Part shown: piece after piece, positions 1 through 9,520 of the stretch
Layout: the number at the start of each line of letters is the position of its first letter
Position numbering within the stretch: position 1 is the stretch's first letter
Source of the DNA: Trueperaceae bacterium
Lineage (GTDB): Bacteria > Deinococcota > Deinococci > Deinococcales > Trueperaceae
Assembly: GCA_034521815.1 (NCBI GenBank)
Contig: JAXHLW010000013.1
Coordinates: forward strand, 704,001 to 768,000
Direction: 5' to 3'
Length of the DNA stretch: 64,000 nucleotides
Position numbers and translations under genes: made by a program
The notes under the pieces: generated by a model
Databases searched by the model: none
Told to the model about the DNA's origin: nothing
What the model saw: only the letters and a program-made list of their open reading frames with translations

Positions 1-2
1 AC

Positions 3-218
3 CGAATCGAGATCGTCGACGTTCACGAGGAGGGTGGCGAGCTGTTCGTCGACGTGCGGCTGGTCGAGCCCGCTGCGGACGCGCTGGCCACGACCGTGGT
101 GACCACGCCGTGGATCCTCGTTCGGGTCCTGGGCGTCGACGCCTCGGTCGTCTGGTTCCGCGATCCGGACGACGGTGCGCTGTTCGGTGTCGCCCGCGAC
201 CAGGACGCCCCGTTCTGA
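3..218 (+). CDS. 5'-truncated CDS, possibly a PrcB C-terminal-like domain protein
   Basis: Open frame from the window edge: RIEIVDVHEEGGELFVDVRLVEPAADALATTVVTTPWILVRV...APF, TGA at 216-218. Codon usage is GC3-rich and the pattern resembles the PrcB_C family. Confidence 0.5.
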   Translation, partial: RIEIVDVHEEGGELFVDVRLVEPAADALATTVVTTPWILVRVLGVDASVVWFRDPDDGALFGVARDQDAPF

Positions 219-264
219 CCCTGCCGAGGGCGCTCTCAGCGCGCCAGCCGGCGGGGCCGGCTCG

Positions 265-1413
265 TTACGTCAGGCTGCCGGGATCGAACAGCCGGCGATG
301 CTCGTCGCCCGCGAACCGGTCGGTGAAGCCGGCCAGGTAGTCCGTCACCGCCCGCAGCAGGCCACGCTCGTCGGCCGCGGCCTGCCAGTCGGGCGGCAGC
401 ATCGTCGGCGTGGCCTGGTAGGCGGAATGGATGTCGGTCAGGATCCGGTCGGCCTTGCGGGTCATGCGGATCTGCCGGTGGTGCTTGTAGAGGTTCGCGT
501 AGAGGTATCGCTTCAGCTCGGCCGCTTCGGCGGCGCCCTGCTCGCTGGCGCCCGCCAGCGCGGTGGGCGCGGCGCGCACGTCGTCCAGCGTCGCGACGCC
601 CGCCTCGTGCAGGCGGGCGTGCGTGGCGGCGACCACGTCCTCGATGCTCCTGCCCAACAGCTCCCGGATCAGCAGGTACCGATCCTGGGGCGAGAACTCG
701 CCCTGAGACACGCCCAGCTCGTGCAGGAGTCGCCCGACCACCGTCACCTCCGAGATCCCGGCGCGGTCCAGCAGGCCGGCACGGAGCCCGTCGTCGAGGT
801 CGTGCGCGTTGTACGCCATCTCGTCCGCGAGGTTCACCACCTGCGCCTCGAGGCTGGGTCGCTTGTCCGGCTCCCAGGCCGCGTCAGGGACGTCGTACTC
901 GGTCTCGTGCTTCATGATCCCCTCGAGCGTCTCCCAGCTGAGGTTCAGCCCTTCGAACCGCGGGTAGCGCCGCTCGAGCCTCGTGACGATGCGCAGGCTC
1001 TGCTTGTTGTGGTCGAACCCTCCGACCTCGGCCGCCAGCCGGTCCAGCGTCCGCTCGCCGGCGTGCCCGAACGGCGGGTGCCCGAGGTCGTGCGCCAGCG
1101 CGATCGTCTCGGCCAGGTCCTCGTTCAGGCCCAGCGCGCGGCAGACGGCCTTGGCCACCTGAGCCACCTCGAGCGTGTGGGTGAGGCGGGTCCGGTAGTG
1201 GTCGCCCTGGTAGTTCACGAACACCTGCGTCTTGTACTCGAGCCGCCGGAACGCCGTGGTGTGCACGACCCGGTCGCGGTCCTTCTGGAACGCGGTCCGG
1301 TAGCGGCTCTCGGTCTCCTCGTGGATCCGACCGCGCGATTCGTGCGCCAACGCGGCGTAGGGGGCGAGGGTCTCGCGTTCGCGGGCTTCGAGGCGTTCGC
1401 GCGTGAACAGCAT
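265..1413 (-). CDS. dgt: Deoxyguanosinetriphosphate triphosphohydrolase (dGTPase)
   Basis: Motifs FQKDRDRVVHTTAFRRLEYKTQVF, RTRLTHTLEV, AHDLGHPPFGHAGE, ADEMAYNAHDLDD. Confidence 0.93.
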   Translation of the reverse strand: MLFTRERLEARERETLAPYAALAHESRGRIHEETESRYRTAFQKDRDRVVHTTAFRRLEYKTQVFVNYQGDHYRTRLTHTLEVAQVAKAVCRALGLNEDLAETIALAHDLGHPPFGHAGERTLDRLAAEVGGFDHNKQSLRIVTRLERRYPRFEGLNLSWETLEGIMKHETEYDVPDAAWEPDKRPSLEAQVVNLADEMAYNAHDLDDGLRAGLLDRAGISEVTVVGRLLHELGVSQGEFSPQDRYLLIRELLGRSIEDVVAATHARLHEAGVATLDDVRAAPTALAGASEQGAAEAAELKRYLYANLYKHHRQIRMTRKADRILTDIHSAYQATPTMLPPDWQAAADERGLLRAVTDYLAGFTDRFAGDEHRRLFDPGSLT

Positions 1414-1519
1414 GGTGAGGCGAGCCTACCGTGCTGGTGCTAGCCTGCGGCGCACGAAGCCGTTACGGCGCCCGAGCGCCTGACGCCGTTCAAGCGCCCG
1501 AACTGTTGGGGAGACCCGA

Positions 1520-2335
1520 ATGTCCGAACTCGCATCGCTGCTCGACCTCGCTCTCGACCTCGCCGACCGGGCGGGACGGCTCACGCTGGGGTACTTCCGC
1601 ACGGGCACCCGGCCGGAGTGGAAAGAGGACGCGACGCCCGTGACCGTCGCCGATCGCGAGGCCGAGACCCTGATCCGGCACGAGCTGGCCCGCCTGCACC
1701 CGGACCACGCCGTGGTGGGCGAGGAGTTCGGCGAGAGCGCCGGAACGGCCCCCTACCGCTGGTGGATCGACCCGATCGACGGGACGAAGGCGTTCGTACG
1801 CGGCGTGCCGCTCTACGCCGTGCTGATCGGCCTGGAGCGCGACGGCGAGATCGTGGCCGGCGTCGCGTCGTTTCCGGCGCTGGGCGAGACCGTCGCCGCG
1901 GGGCGGGGGATGGGCTGCCGCCTGAACGGTCGGCGCTGCTGGGTCTCGGGCGTCGCCGATCCGGGTCGCGCCGTCGTCGCCACCACCGATGCGGGCCGGT
2001 TCCGACAGGAGGGCCGGGCGGAGCCGTGGGCCCGCGTGCAGGAGGCGTTCTGGCTCCGGGCGGGCTGGGGCGACGCCTACGGCTACGCGCTGGTCGCGTC
2101 GGGTCGGATCGAGGCGATGATCGATCCCGTCCTGAGTCCGTGGGACGCGGGGCCGTTCCCGGTGGTGCTGTCCGAGGCGGGGGGGTTCTTCGGCGATTGG
2201 CGCGGCGAGCCGACGCTGCACGGTGGCGACGGGGTCGGCGTGAACGAGGCGCTTCGGCGTCCGCTGCTGGCGATGCTGGCTGACCAGAGCGACCAGCCTG
2301 GCGGCCGGCCTGGCGTCCAGGCCACGGAACGCTGA
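1520..2335 (+). CDS. hisN: Inositol monophosphatase family protein, HisN-type histidinol-phosphatase-like
   Basis: Motifs KEDATPVTVADREAE, GEE, WWIDPIDGTKAFVRGVP, WD. Confidence 0.75.
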   Translation: MSELASLLDLALDLADRAGRLTLGYFRTGTRPEWKEDATPVTVADREAETLIRHELARLHPDHAVVGEEFGESAGTAPYRWWIDPIDGTKAFVRGVPLYAVLIGLERDGEIVAGVASFPALGETVAAGRGMGCRLNGRRCWVSGVADPGRAVVATTDAGRFRQEGRAEPWARVQEAFWLRAGWGDAYGYALVASGRIEAMIDPVLSPWDAGPFPVVLSEAGGFFGDWRGEPTLHGGDGVGVNEALRRPLLAMLADQSDQPGGRPGVQATER

Positions 2336-2358
2336 GCCCTGCCGGGTAGGCTGTGAGC

Positions 2359-3606
2359 GTGAGCGCCTTCGACCGTCGTCCCACCGTCAGCGTCCCCGTC
2401 GGGTCGGTCCGGATCGGCTCGGATCACCCGGTGGTGGTCCAGTCGATGACGAACACCGACACCTCCGACGTGCACGCCACCGTCCGACAGATCGCCGCCC
2501 TGCACCGGGCCGGCAGCGAGATCGTGCGCGTCACCGTGAACGACGAGGCGGCCGCCCGCGCGGTGCCGCAGGTCGTTCGGATCCTGGCCGAGCACGGACT
2601 GGACGTCCCCATCGTCGGCGACTTCCACTACAACGGCCACATCCTGCTGCGCGACGTGCCGGAGGCCGCCGAGGCGCTGGCGAAGTACCGCATCAACCCG
2701 GGCAACGTCGGTGCGGGCGCGCGGCACGACGACAACTTCCGCAGCATCGTCGAGATCGCCATCCACTATCGCAAGCCGGTCCGGATCGGCGTGAACTGGG
2801 GAAGCCTGGACCAAGCGCTGCTGACGCGGATGATGGACGCGAACGCGGAGTCGGACCGGCCGGCGGACGCGCACGAGGTGATGATGCGCGCCATGGTCGC
2901 CTCGGCGCTGGGCTCGGCCCGCATGGCCGAGGAGATCGGTCTTCCGCACGAACGAATCGTTCTGTCGGCCAAGGTGAGCCGCGTCCCCGACATGTGGGAC
3001 GTCTATCGGCGCCTGGGCGCGGCGTGCGACTACCCGCTGCACCTGGGCCTGACCGAGGCGGGGATGGGCGTCAAGGGCGCCGTGGCGTCGACGGCCGGCC
3101 TGGCGCCGTTGATCGCGGAGGGGATCGGAGACACGATCCGGGTCTCGCTCACGCCCGACCCGGGCGCCCCACGCGAGCGAGAGGTCGAGATCGCGCAGGA
3201 GGTGCTGGCGGCCCTGGGCGTGCGCAGGTTCGCGCCCTCCGTCACGGCGTGTCCAGGGTGCGGCCGGACGACCAGCACGCTGTTCCAGGAGATGGCCCGC
3301 GACATCCAGGCCTACCTCAAGGCGCAGATGCCGGCGTGGAGCGAGCGCTACCCCGGCGTCGAGCACATGAACGTCGCCGTGATGGGCTGCGTCGTGAACG
3401 GGCCGGGCGAGTCGAAGCACGCCGACATCGGGATCAGCCTGCCCGGCACCGGCGAGACGCCCCGTGCGCCGGTGTACCGCGACGGGAAGCTCGTGGGCAC
3501 GCTGCAAGGCGACGGCGCGACGATCGCGACGGCGTTCAACGCGATGGTCGAGGCGTACGTCGAGGAACGGTTCGGCCGAGCCGCCTCCCCGTCCGATTCG
3601 GGCTGA
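2359..3606 (+). CDS. ispG: (E)-4-hydroxy-3-methylbut-2-enyl-diphosphate synthase (MEP pathway)
   Basis: Motifs [42 protein letters not shown]. Start set at GTG 2359, 6 nt after TAGGCT. Confidence 0.95.
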   Translation: MSAFDRRPTVSVPVGSVRIGSDHPVVVQSMTNTDTSDVHATVRQIAALHRAGSEIVRVTVNDEAAARAVPQVVRILAEHGLDVPIVGDFHYNGHILLRDVPEAAEALAKYRINPGNVGAGARHDDNFRSIVEIAIHYRKPVRIGVNWGSLDQALLTRMMDANAESDRPADAHEVMMRAMVASALGSARMAEEIGLPHERIVLSAKVSRVPDMWDVYRRLGAACDYPLHLGLTEAGMGVKGAVASTAGLAPLIAEGIGDTIRVSLTPDPGAPREREVEIAQEVLAALGVRRFAPSVTACPGCGRTTSTLFQEMARDIQAYLKAQMPAWSERYPGVEHMNVAVMGCVVNGPGESKHADIGISLPGTGETPRAPVYRDGKLVGTLQGDGATIATAFNAMVEAYVEERFGRAASPSDSG

Positions 3607-3648
3607 TCCTCACGTTTCCGCCAACCTACCGCATGCTAGGTTGAGGTG

Positions 3649-4603
3649 GTGGAGCTCACGACGCCAGCGCAGAAACGCCGTCACGGACGGCCGCGTGACG
3701 GGCGACGGCCTCGGTCCGGCGATCGAACCGCAGCGCGCGCTTCGCGCCTGCGTCGACCTCACACGCGAGCATTCGAGCACGTTCTTCCTCGGGTCCCGGC
3801 TGTTCGGCACCGACAAGCGGCTGGCGGTCAGCGCCGTGTACGCCGCCTGCCGGACCGGCGACGACGCCGTCGACGAGGCGGACGGACCCGGCGAAGCGCG
3901 CCGTCGCCTGGCCGCATGGTGGGCGGGGCTCGAGCGGGCGTACGACGGGCGGCCCGATCCCGGCTCCAGCACCGAGGTCGCGCTGAGCTGGGTTCTGGAC
4001 CGCCACGACGTGCCGATGTCGGCGTTCCACGAGCTGCGCCTCGGTTTCGAGACCGACCTGACCGTGTCCCGCGTCCAGACCACCGACGAGCTGATGACGT
4101 ACTGCAGGCGGGTCGCGGGGGTCGTCGGGCTGATGATCGCGCCCATCGCCGGGTACGACGGCGGCGACGACACGCTGGGCGCCGCCGTCGCCCTCGGCGA
4201 GGCGATGCAGCTCACGAACATCCTTCGCGACGTCGGCGAGGACCTGCGTCGGGACCGCTGCTACCTGCCGGCCGAGCTCATGGACGCGCACGGCGTGTCG
4301 CTGGCCGACCTGCGCGAAGGGGCCGTCACCCCGGCCTACGTCGCACTGTTGGGGCATCTCGCCCAGCTGGCCGACGAGCGCTACCGCCGAGGCTGGACCG
4401 GCATTCCGAAGCTGCACGGCGCGGCCGGTCTGGCCGTGGGGGTCGCCGCCCTGAACTACGAGGCGATCCTCCGAAAGCTCAGGCAGAACCGCTACGACAA
4501 CCTCAGCAAGCGGGCCTACCTCCGGCCGTACGAGCGCGTGGCGTTGATTCCACGCGCCGCGCTCACGGTGTGGGGCGGGACGGTGTGGAGCGGGGCCTCC
4601 TGA
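3649..4603 (+). CDS. crtB: Phytoene synthase, with an apparent 1-nt frameshift near the N-terminus (alternative in-frame start GTG 3695)
   Basis: Motifs HSSTFFLGSRLF, YAACRTGDDAVDE, YCRRVAGVVG, MQLTNILRDVGEDLRRDRCYLP. The leaderless-type start at 3649 is out of frame by one A in AAA 3673-3675. Confidence 0.88.
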
Positions 4604-4636
4604 GCCCACCTCCGCCCCGGCGGTAGGATGCCAAGC

Positions 4637-6193
4637 GTGCCGGACTACGACGTCATCACCATCGGCTCGGGACACAACGCCCTCATCACCAGCGCGTACC
4701 TGGCCCAGGCCGGCAAGCGGGTGGGCGTGTTCGAGCGCCGCGACATCGTCGGCGGCGCGGTCTCCACCGTCGAGCAGGTGCCCGGCTACCGCTTCGACCT
4801 CGGCGGAAGCGCCCACATCCTGATTCGGCTCACCCCGATCGTCGAGGAGCTGGGTCTAGGGCGCTACGGCCTCGAGTACCTCGAGCTCGACCCGCTGTTC
4901 TTCGCACCGTTCCCCGATGGCGACCACCTGTTCATCCACCGCAGCGAGCGCAAGACCGCCGAGCATCTCGACGAGCGTTTCCCCGGCGAAGGCCAGGCGT
5001 ACCTGCGCTTCATGGACGAGTGGCGACCGTTCGCCCGGGTCGTGAAGGACCTGTTCCTGAGCACGCCGAGTCCCCTGAACCTGGGCCGCAAGATGATGTT
5101 CGGCGACGCCATCCAAGGCGACTGGAAGCGCGCTTTGCAGAGCATCCTGGCGCCGTACGGCGAGGTCGTCGATCGCTACTTCACGGAGGAGAAGGTCAAG
5201 GCTCCGCTGGTGTGGATGGCGGCCCAGTCGGGCCCGCCCCCCGGCGAGCCGATGACCAGTCCGTTCCTGCTCTGGCATCCGCTCTACCACGAGGGCGGGG
5301 TCGCCCGGCCGCGTGGCGGCTCGGGGATGCTCACCCAGGCGCTGGCCAGGCACATCGAGGACCACGGCGGGGAGGTCCACACCTCCGCGCCGGTCGACCG
5401 CATCGTCGTCGAGGGCGGCCGCGCGGTCGGCGTCGAGGTCGCCGGGCAGCGCTACACGGCGGGCACGATCGTTGCGGGCGCCCATGCGCTCGAGACCTTC
5501 GCCCGCCTGCTGCCCGAGGAGCACCGCCCCGCGGGCAGCCGCACGATGCGGGTCGGGAACGGCTTCGGCGCGATCCTGCGGCTGGCGCTCGACAAGCCGA
5601 TCCGCTACGCGGCGCACCCCGGGGACGAGGCGCGCGTCGCGCTTCAGCTCGTCGCGCGCGATCGCCGCCAGGTCGCCGCGGCGTACGGCGAGTACCTGGG
5701 CGGCGAGCCGGCCAGCGACCCGCCGATCGTCGCGATGAGCTTCAGCGCGGTGGACGACAGCTTGGCGCCTCCCGGCGGCGAGGTGCTGTGGCTGTGGGCC
5801 CAGTACTTCCCCTACGAGCTGTCGGGCGGACGAAGCTGGTCGGACGTGGAGGACGAGGTCGCAGAGCGGATCCTGGACACGTTCGAGGCGTACGCGCCCG
5901 GCACGAAGGCGTCGGTGGTGGGCTCGCTGTTCCAGCACCCCGAGTGGCTCGAGAGGGAGCTGGGGCTGTTCCGCGGCAACGTGATGCACCTCGAGATGAG
6001 CCTCGACCAGATGTTCGCGCTGCGACCGTTCCTCGGCATGGCCGAGTACCGCACGCACCTGCGCGGCTTGTACCTGACGGGCGCCAGCACCCACCCCGGT
6101 GGCGGCATCATGGGCGCCTCGGGCCGGAACGCCGCCCGCACCGTGCTCGGTGACCTGGAGCGCCGCTGGTGGAGGGGGGGACCCCGCGGGTGA
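4637..6193 (+). CDS. crtO: CrtI-family carotenoid 4-ketolase (CrtO type)
   Basis: FAD motif [15 protein letters not shown] plus [39 protein letters not shown] and [19 protein letters not shown], closely resembling deinococcal CrtO. GTG 4637 is 7 nt after TAGGAT. Confidence 0.82.
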   Translation: MPDYDVITIGSGHNALITSAYLAQAGKRVGVFERRDIVGGAVSTVEQVPGYRFDLGGSAHILIRLTPIVEELGLGRYGLEYLELDPLFFAPFPDGDHLFIHRSERKTAEHLDERFPGEGQAYLRFMDEWRPFARVVKDLFLSTPSPLNLGRKMMFGDAIQGDWKRALQSILAPYGEVVDRYFTEEKVKAPLVWMAAQSGPPPGEPMTSPFLLWHPLYHEGGVARPRGGSGMLTQALARHIEDHGGEVHTSAPVDRIVVEGGRAVGVEVAGQRYTAGTIVAGAHALETFARLLPEEHRPAGSRTMRVGNGFGAILRLALDKPIRYAAHPGDEARVALQLVARDRRQVAAAYGEYLGGEPASDPPIVAMSFSAVDDSLAPPGGEVLWLWAQYFPYELSGGRSWSDVEDEVAERILDTFEAYAPGTKASVVGSLFQHPEWLERELGLFRGNVMHLEMSLDQMFALRPFLGMAEYRTHLRGLYLTGASTHPGGGIMGASGRNAARTVLGDLERRWWRGGPRG

Positions 6194-7671
6194 CCTACCT
6201 GCAGTTCCACCTCGTGTTCACGCTGCCCTGGCTGGCGCTGCTGGGCGTCGCGACGTGGCGGGCGGCCCGTGCGGGACGCCCGCTGGCGGGCGACCCCGGC
6301 ATCCGCGGCCGATTCGCCCTGGCGGCGCTTCTGGTCCACATGGCGATCGCGTTCGTCTACACCACGCCGTGGGACAACTACCTGGTGGCGCGGGAGGTGT
6401 GGGGCTACCCGCCGGGCCGGGTTCTGGCCACGATCGGCTTCGTTCCGGTCGAGGAGTACGCCTTCTTCCTGATCCAGACGGCGGCGACCGGCCTGTTCCT
6501 GCTGTGGCTGCTGCGGGCACGCCCGTGGCAGCGGTACGACGGGGCGCTCCCAGGGGCGTGGATCCGCTGGGGAGGCGCCGGGATGCTGCTGATGCTGGCG
6601 GCGCTGGGGGCGACCGCGCTGGCCTGGCAGAGCGGCACCTACCTCGGCCTGATCACGGCCTGGTCGCTCCCGGTCCTGGCGCTGCAGTGGGGCTTCGGGG
6701 GCGACCTGCTGCTCAGGCGCTGGCGGCTGGTGGCCGTCGCCGTCGCGGTGCCGACCGCCTGGCTGTGGCTGGCGGACCGGATCGCGATCGGCCAGGAGAT
6801 CTGGTGGATCAGCGAGCCGCTGACGACCGGCCTGCGGCCGCTGGGCCTGCCGGTCGAGGAGGCGCTGTTCTTCCTGGTCACGAACCTGCTGGTCGTGTTC
6901 GGCATGACGATGGCCCTGGACCGCGACGCCCCCGCACGGGCGCGCGACGTGTGGCGGGCACGGCGCGAGGCGTGGCGGGTCGCGCTGCTGGCCTGGGCGG
7001 TGTCGATGGTGCCGGCGCCGCTGGTGCCCGAGGCGTTCGCGTACCTCGCCTACCTGTCCACGGGCCTGTTGACGCTGGGCATGCTGGGCTACGCGCTGCA
7101 GCGGTTCGGCAGGCGCGCCTGGATCGCGTTCGGGGTCGCGATCGCGTTCGGCGTCGCGATCGAGGCGATCGGCACGCGCACCGGCCTGCCGTTCGGCGCG
7201 TACGACTACACCGCGCCCGGACCGCGCCTGCTGGGGGTACCGCTGCTGGTCCCGCTGGGCTGGTGGTCGTTCACGCTGCTCGCGCTGGCCGCCGCCCCGC
7301 GGCGCGGCCGCCGCTGGCTGGCGCCGTTGGCGCTGGTGGCGTGGGACCTGGGCCTCGACCCCCTGATGGTCCACCTCGGCTTCTGGCGGTTCGAGAACGC
7401 GGACTGGTTCGGCGTCCCGATCAGCAACTTCGTCGGCTGGTACCTCGCGGGCCTGGTGCTCGTGGCGCTGCTGCTCCGGATCGTGCCCGAGTTGGCCGAG
7501 GACGGAGCCCCGGTACTCCGCGGCGTCTTCGCCGCGCAGGCGGCGCTGATGGGCTTGGGGCTCGCCATGTTCGGCCTGCCGCTGGCCGGCGCGGTGGCGG
7601 GGGCGGCGATGGGCGGCTACGCGCTGCTGGCCTGGCGCATCCGGATCGGGCGACGCTGGGCGACGCCGTGA
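6190..7671 (+). CDS. Membrane fusion protein: tandem CrtYc/CrtYd-type lycopene cyclase domains plus CruF-type carotenoid 1,2-hydratase
   Basis: Two cyclase repeats ([10 protein letters not shown]...[15 protein letters not shown]...[13 protein letters not shown]), then CruF motifs ([45 protein letters not shown]). GTGA overlap with the crtO stop. Confidence 0.8.
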   Translation: MTYLQFHLVFTLPWLALLGVATWRAARAGRPLAGDPGIRGRFALAALLVHMAIAFVYTTPWDNYLVAREVWGYPPGRVLATIGFVPVEEYAFFLIQTAATGLFLLWLLRARPWQRYDGALPGAWIRWGGAGMLLMLAALGATALAWQSGTYLGLITAWSLPVLALQWGFGGDLLLRRWRLVAVAVAVPTAWLWLADRIAIGQEIWWISEPLTTGLRPLGLPVEEALFFLVTNLLVVFGMTMALDRDAPARARDVWRARREAWRVALLAWAVSMVPAPLVPEAFAYLAYLSTGLLTLGMLGYALQRFGRRAWIAFGVAIAFGVAIEAIGTRTGLPFGAYDYTAPGPRLLGVPLLVPLGWWSFTLLALAAAPRRGRRWLAPLALVAWDLGLDPLMVHLGFWRFENADWFGVPISNFVGWYLAGLVLVALLLRIVPELAEDGAPVLRGVFAAQAALMGLGLAMFGLPLAGAVAGAAMGGYALLAWRIRIGRRWATP

Positions 7672-8372
7672 GCGAAGGTGGCCCAAGGGGAATGACCGAA
7701 CGTGTCCGGGCGCGCGGAACGGCGTGGATCCAGAGCGGGATCGCGGCGACGCTGCCGTGGCTGATCCGACGCTCGCTGCGCGGCGGGCTTTCCGGTGTCT
7801 GGGCACGGGGCGAGCTGACGGCCGTCCGGCCAGGCACCGTGCTGGCCCCGAACCACCACAGCTGGTGGGACGCCTACCTGGCGTGGCTGGTCGCGCGCAG
7901 GCTGGGCCTTCCGCTGGCGGCGCTGATGAGCGACGAGCAGCTGGCCCGCTTTCCGTTCTTCGAGGCGCACGGGGCGATTCCGCGTCGCCGCCCGCGCACG
8001 CTGGTCCGGCGGCTCGAGCTCGGCGCCGTGGGGATCGTGTTTCCAGAGGGCCGGCTGCGACCCGCCGGCCAGCCCGGCGTGCTGGACCCCGGCGCCGCCC
8101 GGCTGGCCGAGATGGCCGGCGCACCGCTCCGGCCGCTGGCCATCCGCGTCGTCTTGCGCGGCGCGCAGCACCCCGAGGCGTACCTCTCGATCGGGCCGGT
8201 CGTGGAGGGCCACGACGAGCTCGACGCCGCGCTGCGGCGCGAGCTGGCGACGCTCGACCGGGATCTGTCCGAGACCGACCCCGAGGCCGTACCGGACGGG
8301 TTCGAGATCTGGATGGCGGGCGCCCGGTCGCCCGACCGGCGTGCGCGCCGGTTCGAGCGGTGGTGGCGGTGA
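7668..8372 (+). CDS. cruD: PlsC-family acyltransferase (CruD-like carotenoid glycoside acyltransferase)
   Basis: NHHSWWD (HxxxxD) and VFPEG motifs. GTGA overlap with the upstream gene; alternative ATG at 7692. Confidence 0.75.
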   Translation: MSEGGPRGMTERVRARGTAWIQSGIAATLPWLIRRSLRGGLSGVWARGELTAVRPGTVLAPNHHSWWDAYLAWLVARRLGLPLAALMSDEQLARFPFFEAHGAIPRRRPRTLVRRLELGAVGIVFPEGRLRPAGQPGVLDPGAARLAEMAGAPLRPLAIRVVLRGAQHPEAYLSIGPVVEGHDELDAALRRELATLDRDLSETDPEAVPDGFEIWMAGARSPDRRARRFERWWR

Positions 8373-9520
8373 CGCCGTTCGCCGCCACCCTCTCCGCGAT
8401 CGTCGCCGACGCGGCGTTCTGGATCTCGGCGCTGTTCGTGGGCGTCCAGCTGGTCGTGGCGATGACGAACGCGGTCACCTTTCCGCGCCTCGCAGCGGCG
8501 TCGTCCGACGGAGCGGCCGAGGGACCGGCGGCCGAGGGACCGAAGGTGAGCCTGCTGGTCCCGGCCCGGAACGAGGCGGCCACGCTTCCCCGGACGCTTC
8601 CGCAGCTGATGGCGCAGGGCGCCGACGAGGTGATCGTGCTGGACGACGCGTCCGACGACGGCACCGGGGCGCTCCTGAGGGAGGCGGAGGGGCGCTACCA
8701 GGCGCTGCGCGTGGTGCGGGGAGCGGCCCTGCCGTCCGGCTGGAACGGGAAGAACTGGGCCTGCCATCAGCTGGCGCACGAGGCCAGCGGCGACGTCTGG
8801 GTGTTCACCGACGCCGACGTCGACTGGCGACCGGGGGCGCTGGACGCGCTGATGAGGGGGTGGCGCCGAGACCGGCCGGGCCTGGCCACCGTATGGCCGC
8901 GGCAGCGGACGCTGAGCTGGGCGGAACGGATCGCCGTCCCGCAGATCGACCTGATCCTGCTGGGATCGCTGCCCTACCCGCTGGTGCGCCTCGTTCCGTT
9001 CGCGTCGCTGGCCGCCGCGAACGGCCAGCTGATGGCCTGGTCGCCGGCGGCCTACCGCGCATCGGGTGGACACGCTGCGGTCCGGGGAGAGGTGTTGGAG
9101 GACGTTCGGCTGGCGCAACGCGCGAAAGCGGCCGGCGTGCGACTGTCGCTGGCGCTGGGCGGCGAGCTCGTCGAGGCGCGCATGTACCGGAGCGCGTCCG
9201 ACGTCGTCGCCGGTTTCGCCAAGAACGTCCTGGCCGCAGCCGGCTCCGTGCCGGTCCTGGTAGGTCTCACCGCGCTGAACGTCGCGGCGTACCTCGCTGC
9301 CTGGCCCCTGGCGCTGGTGGACCGCCGTTGGGCGGTCGTGGCCGTGGGCGGCGTGGCGTTCCGGGCGCTGGTGTCGGCGATCACGCGGCGCCCACTGTGG
9401 GAGGCCGCGCTGCAGCCCGCGGCGCCTCTGGCGCTGACCCTCGTCGTCGCTCGCTCGCTGCGCCACGCGGGCGGCTACGTGTGGAAGGGCCGAGCGTACG
9501 CCGCAGGGCGTCGCCGATGA
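8369..9520 (+). CDS. cruC: GT2 glycosyltransferase (CruC-like carotenoid glucosyltransferase)
   Basis: Motifs VSLLVPARNE, LDDASDDGT, GWNGKNWAC, FTDADV, ANGQ, EDV; N- and C-terminal TM segments. Confidence 0.8.
   Translation: MTPFAATLSAIVADAAFWISALFVGVQLVVAMTNAVTFPRLAAASSDGAAEGPAAEGPKVSLLVPARNEAATLPRTLPQLMAQGADEVIVLDDASDDGTGALLREAEGRYQALRVVRGAALPSGWNGKNWACHQLAHEASGDVWVFTDADVDWRPGALDALMRGWRRDRPGLATVWPRQRTLSWAERIAVPQIDLILLGSLPYPLVRLVPFASLAAANGQLMAWSPAAYRASGGHAAVRGEVLEDVRLAQRAKAAGVRLSLALGGELVEARMYRSASDVVAGFAKNVLAAAGSVPVLVGLTALNVAAYLAAWPLALVDRRWAVVAVGGVAFRALVSAITRRPLWEAALQPAAPLALTLVVARSLRHAGGYVWKGRAYAAGRRR

Noticed and set aside
3607..3648. CarH/LitR operator upstream of crtB, linked to the nearby adenosyltransferase
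   Set aside because: No TnnACA-type 11-bp repeats and no MerR/B12 regulator gene in the window. The adenosyltransferase can be explained by the mutase subunit.
3646..4626. 326-aa ORF overlapping crtB as an independent gene
   Set aside because: Arg-rich shadow frame; only its first few codons look genuine, as the probable crtB N-terminus.
4637..6193. Annotation as phytoene desaturase crtI
   Set aside because: Sequence motifs and position before cruF/cruD/cruC fit the CrtO ketolase subfamily better.
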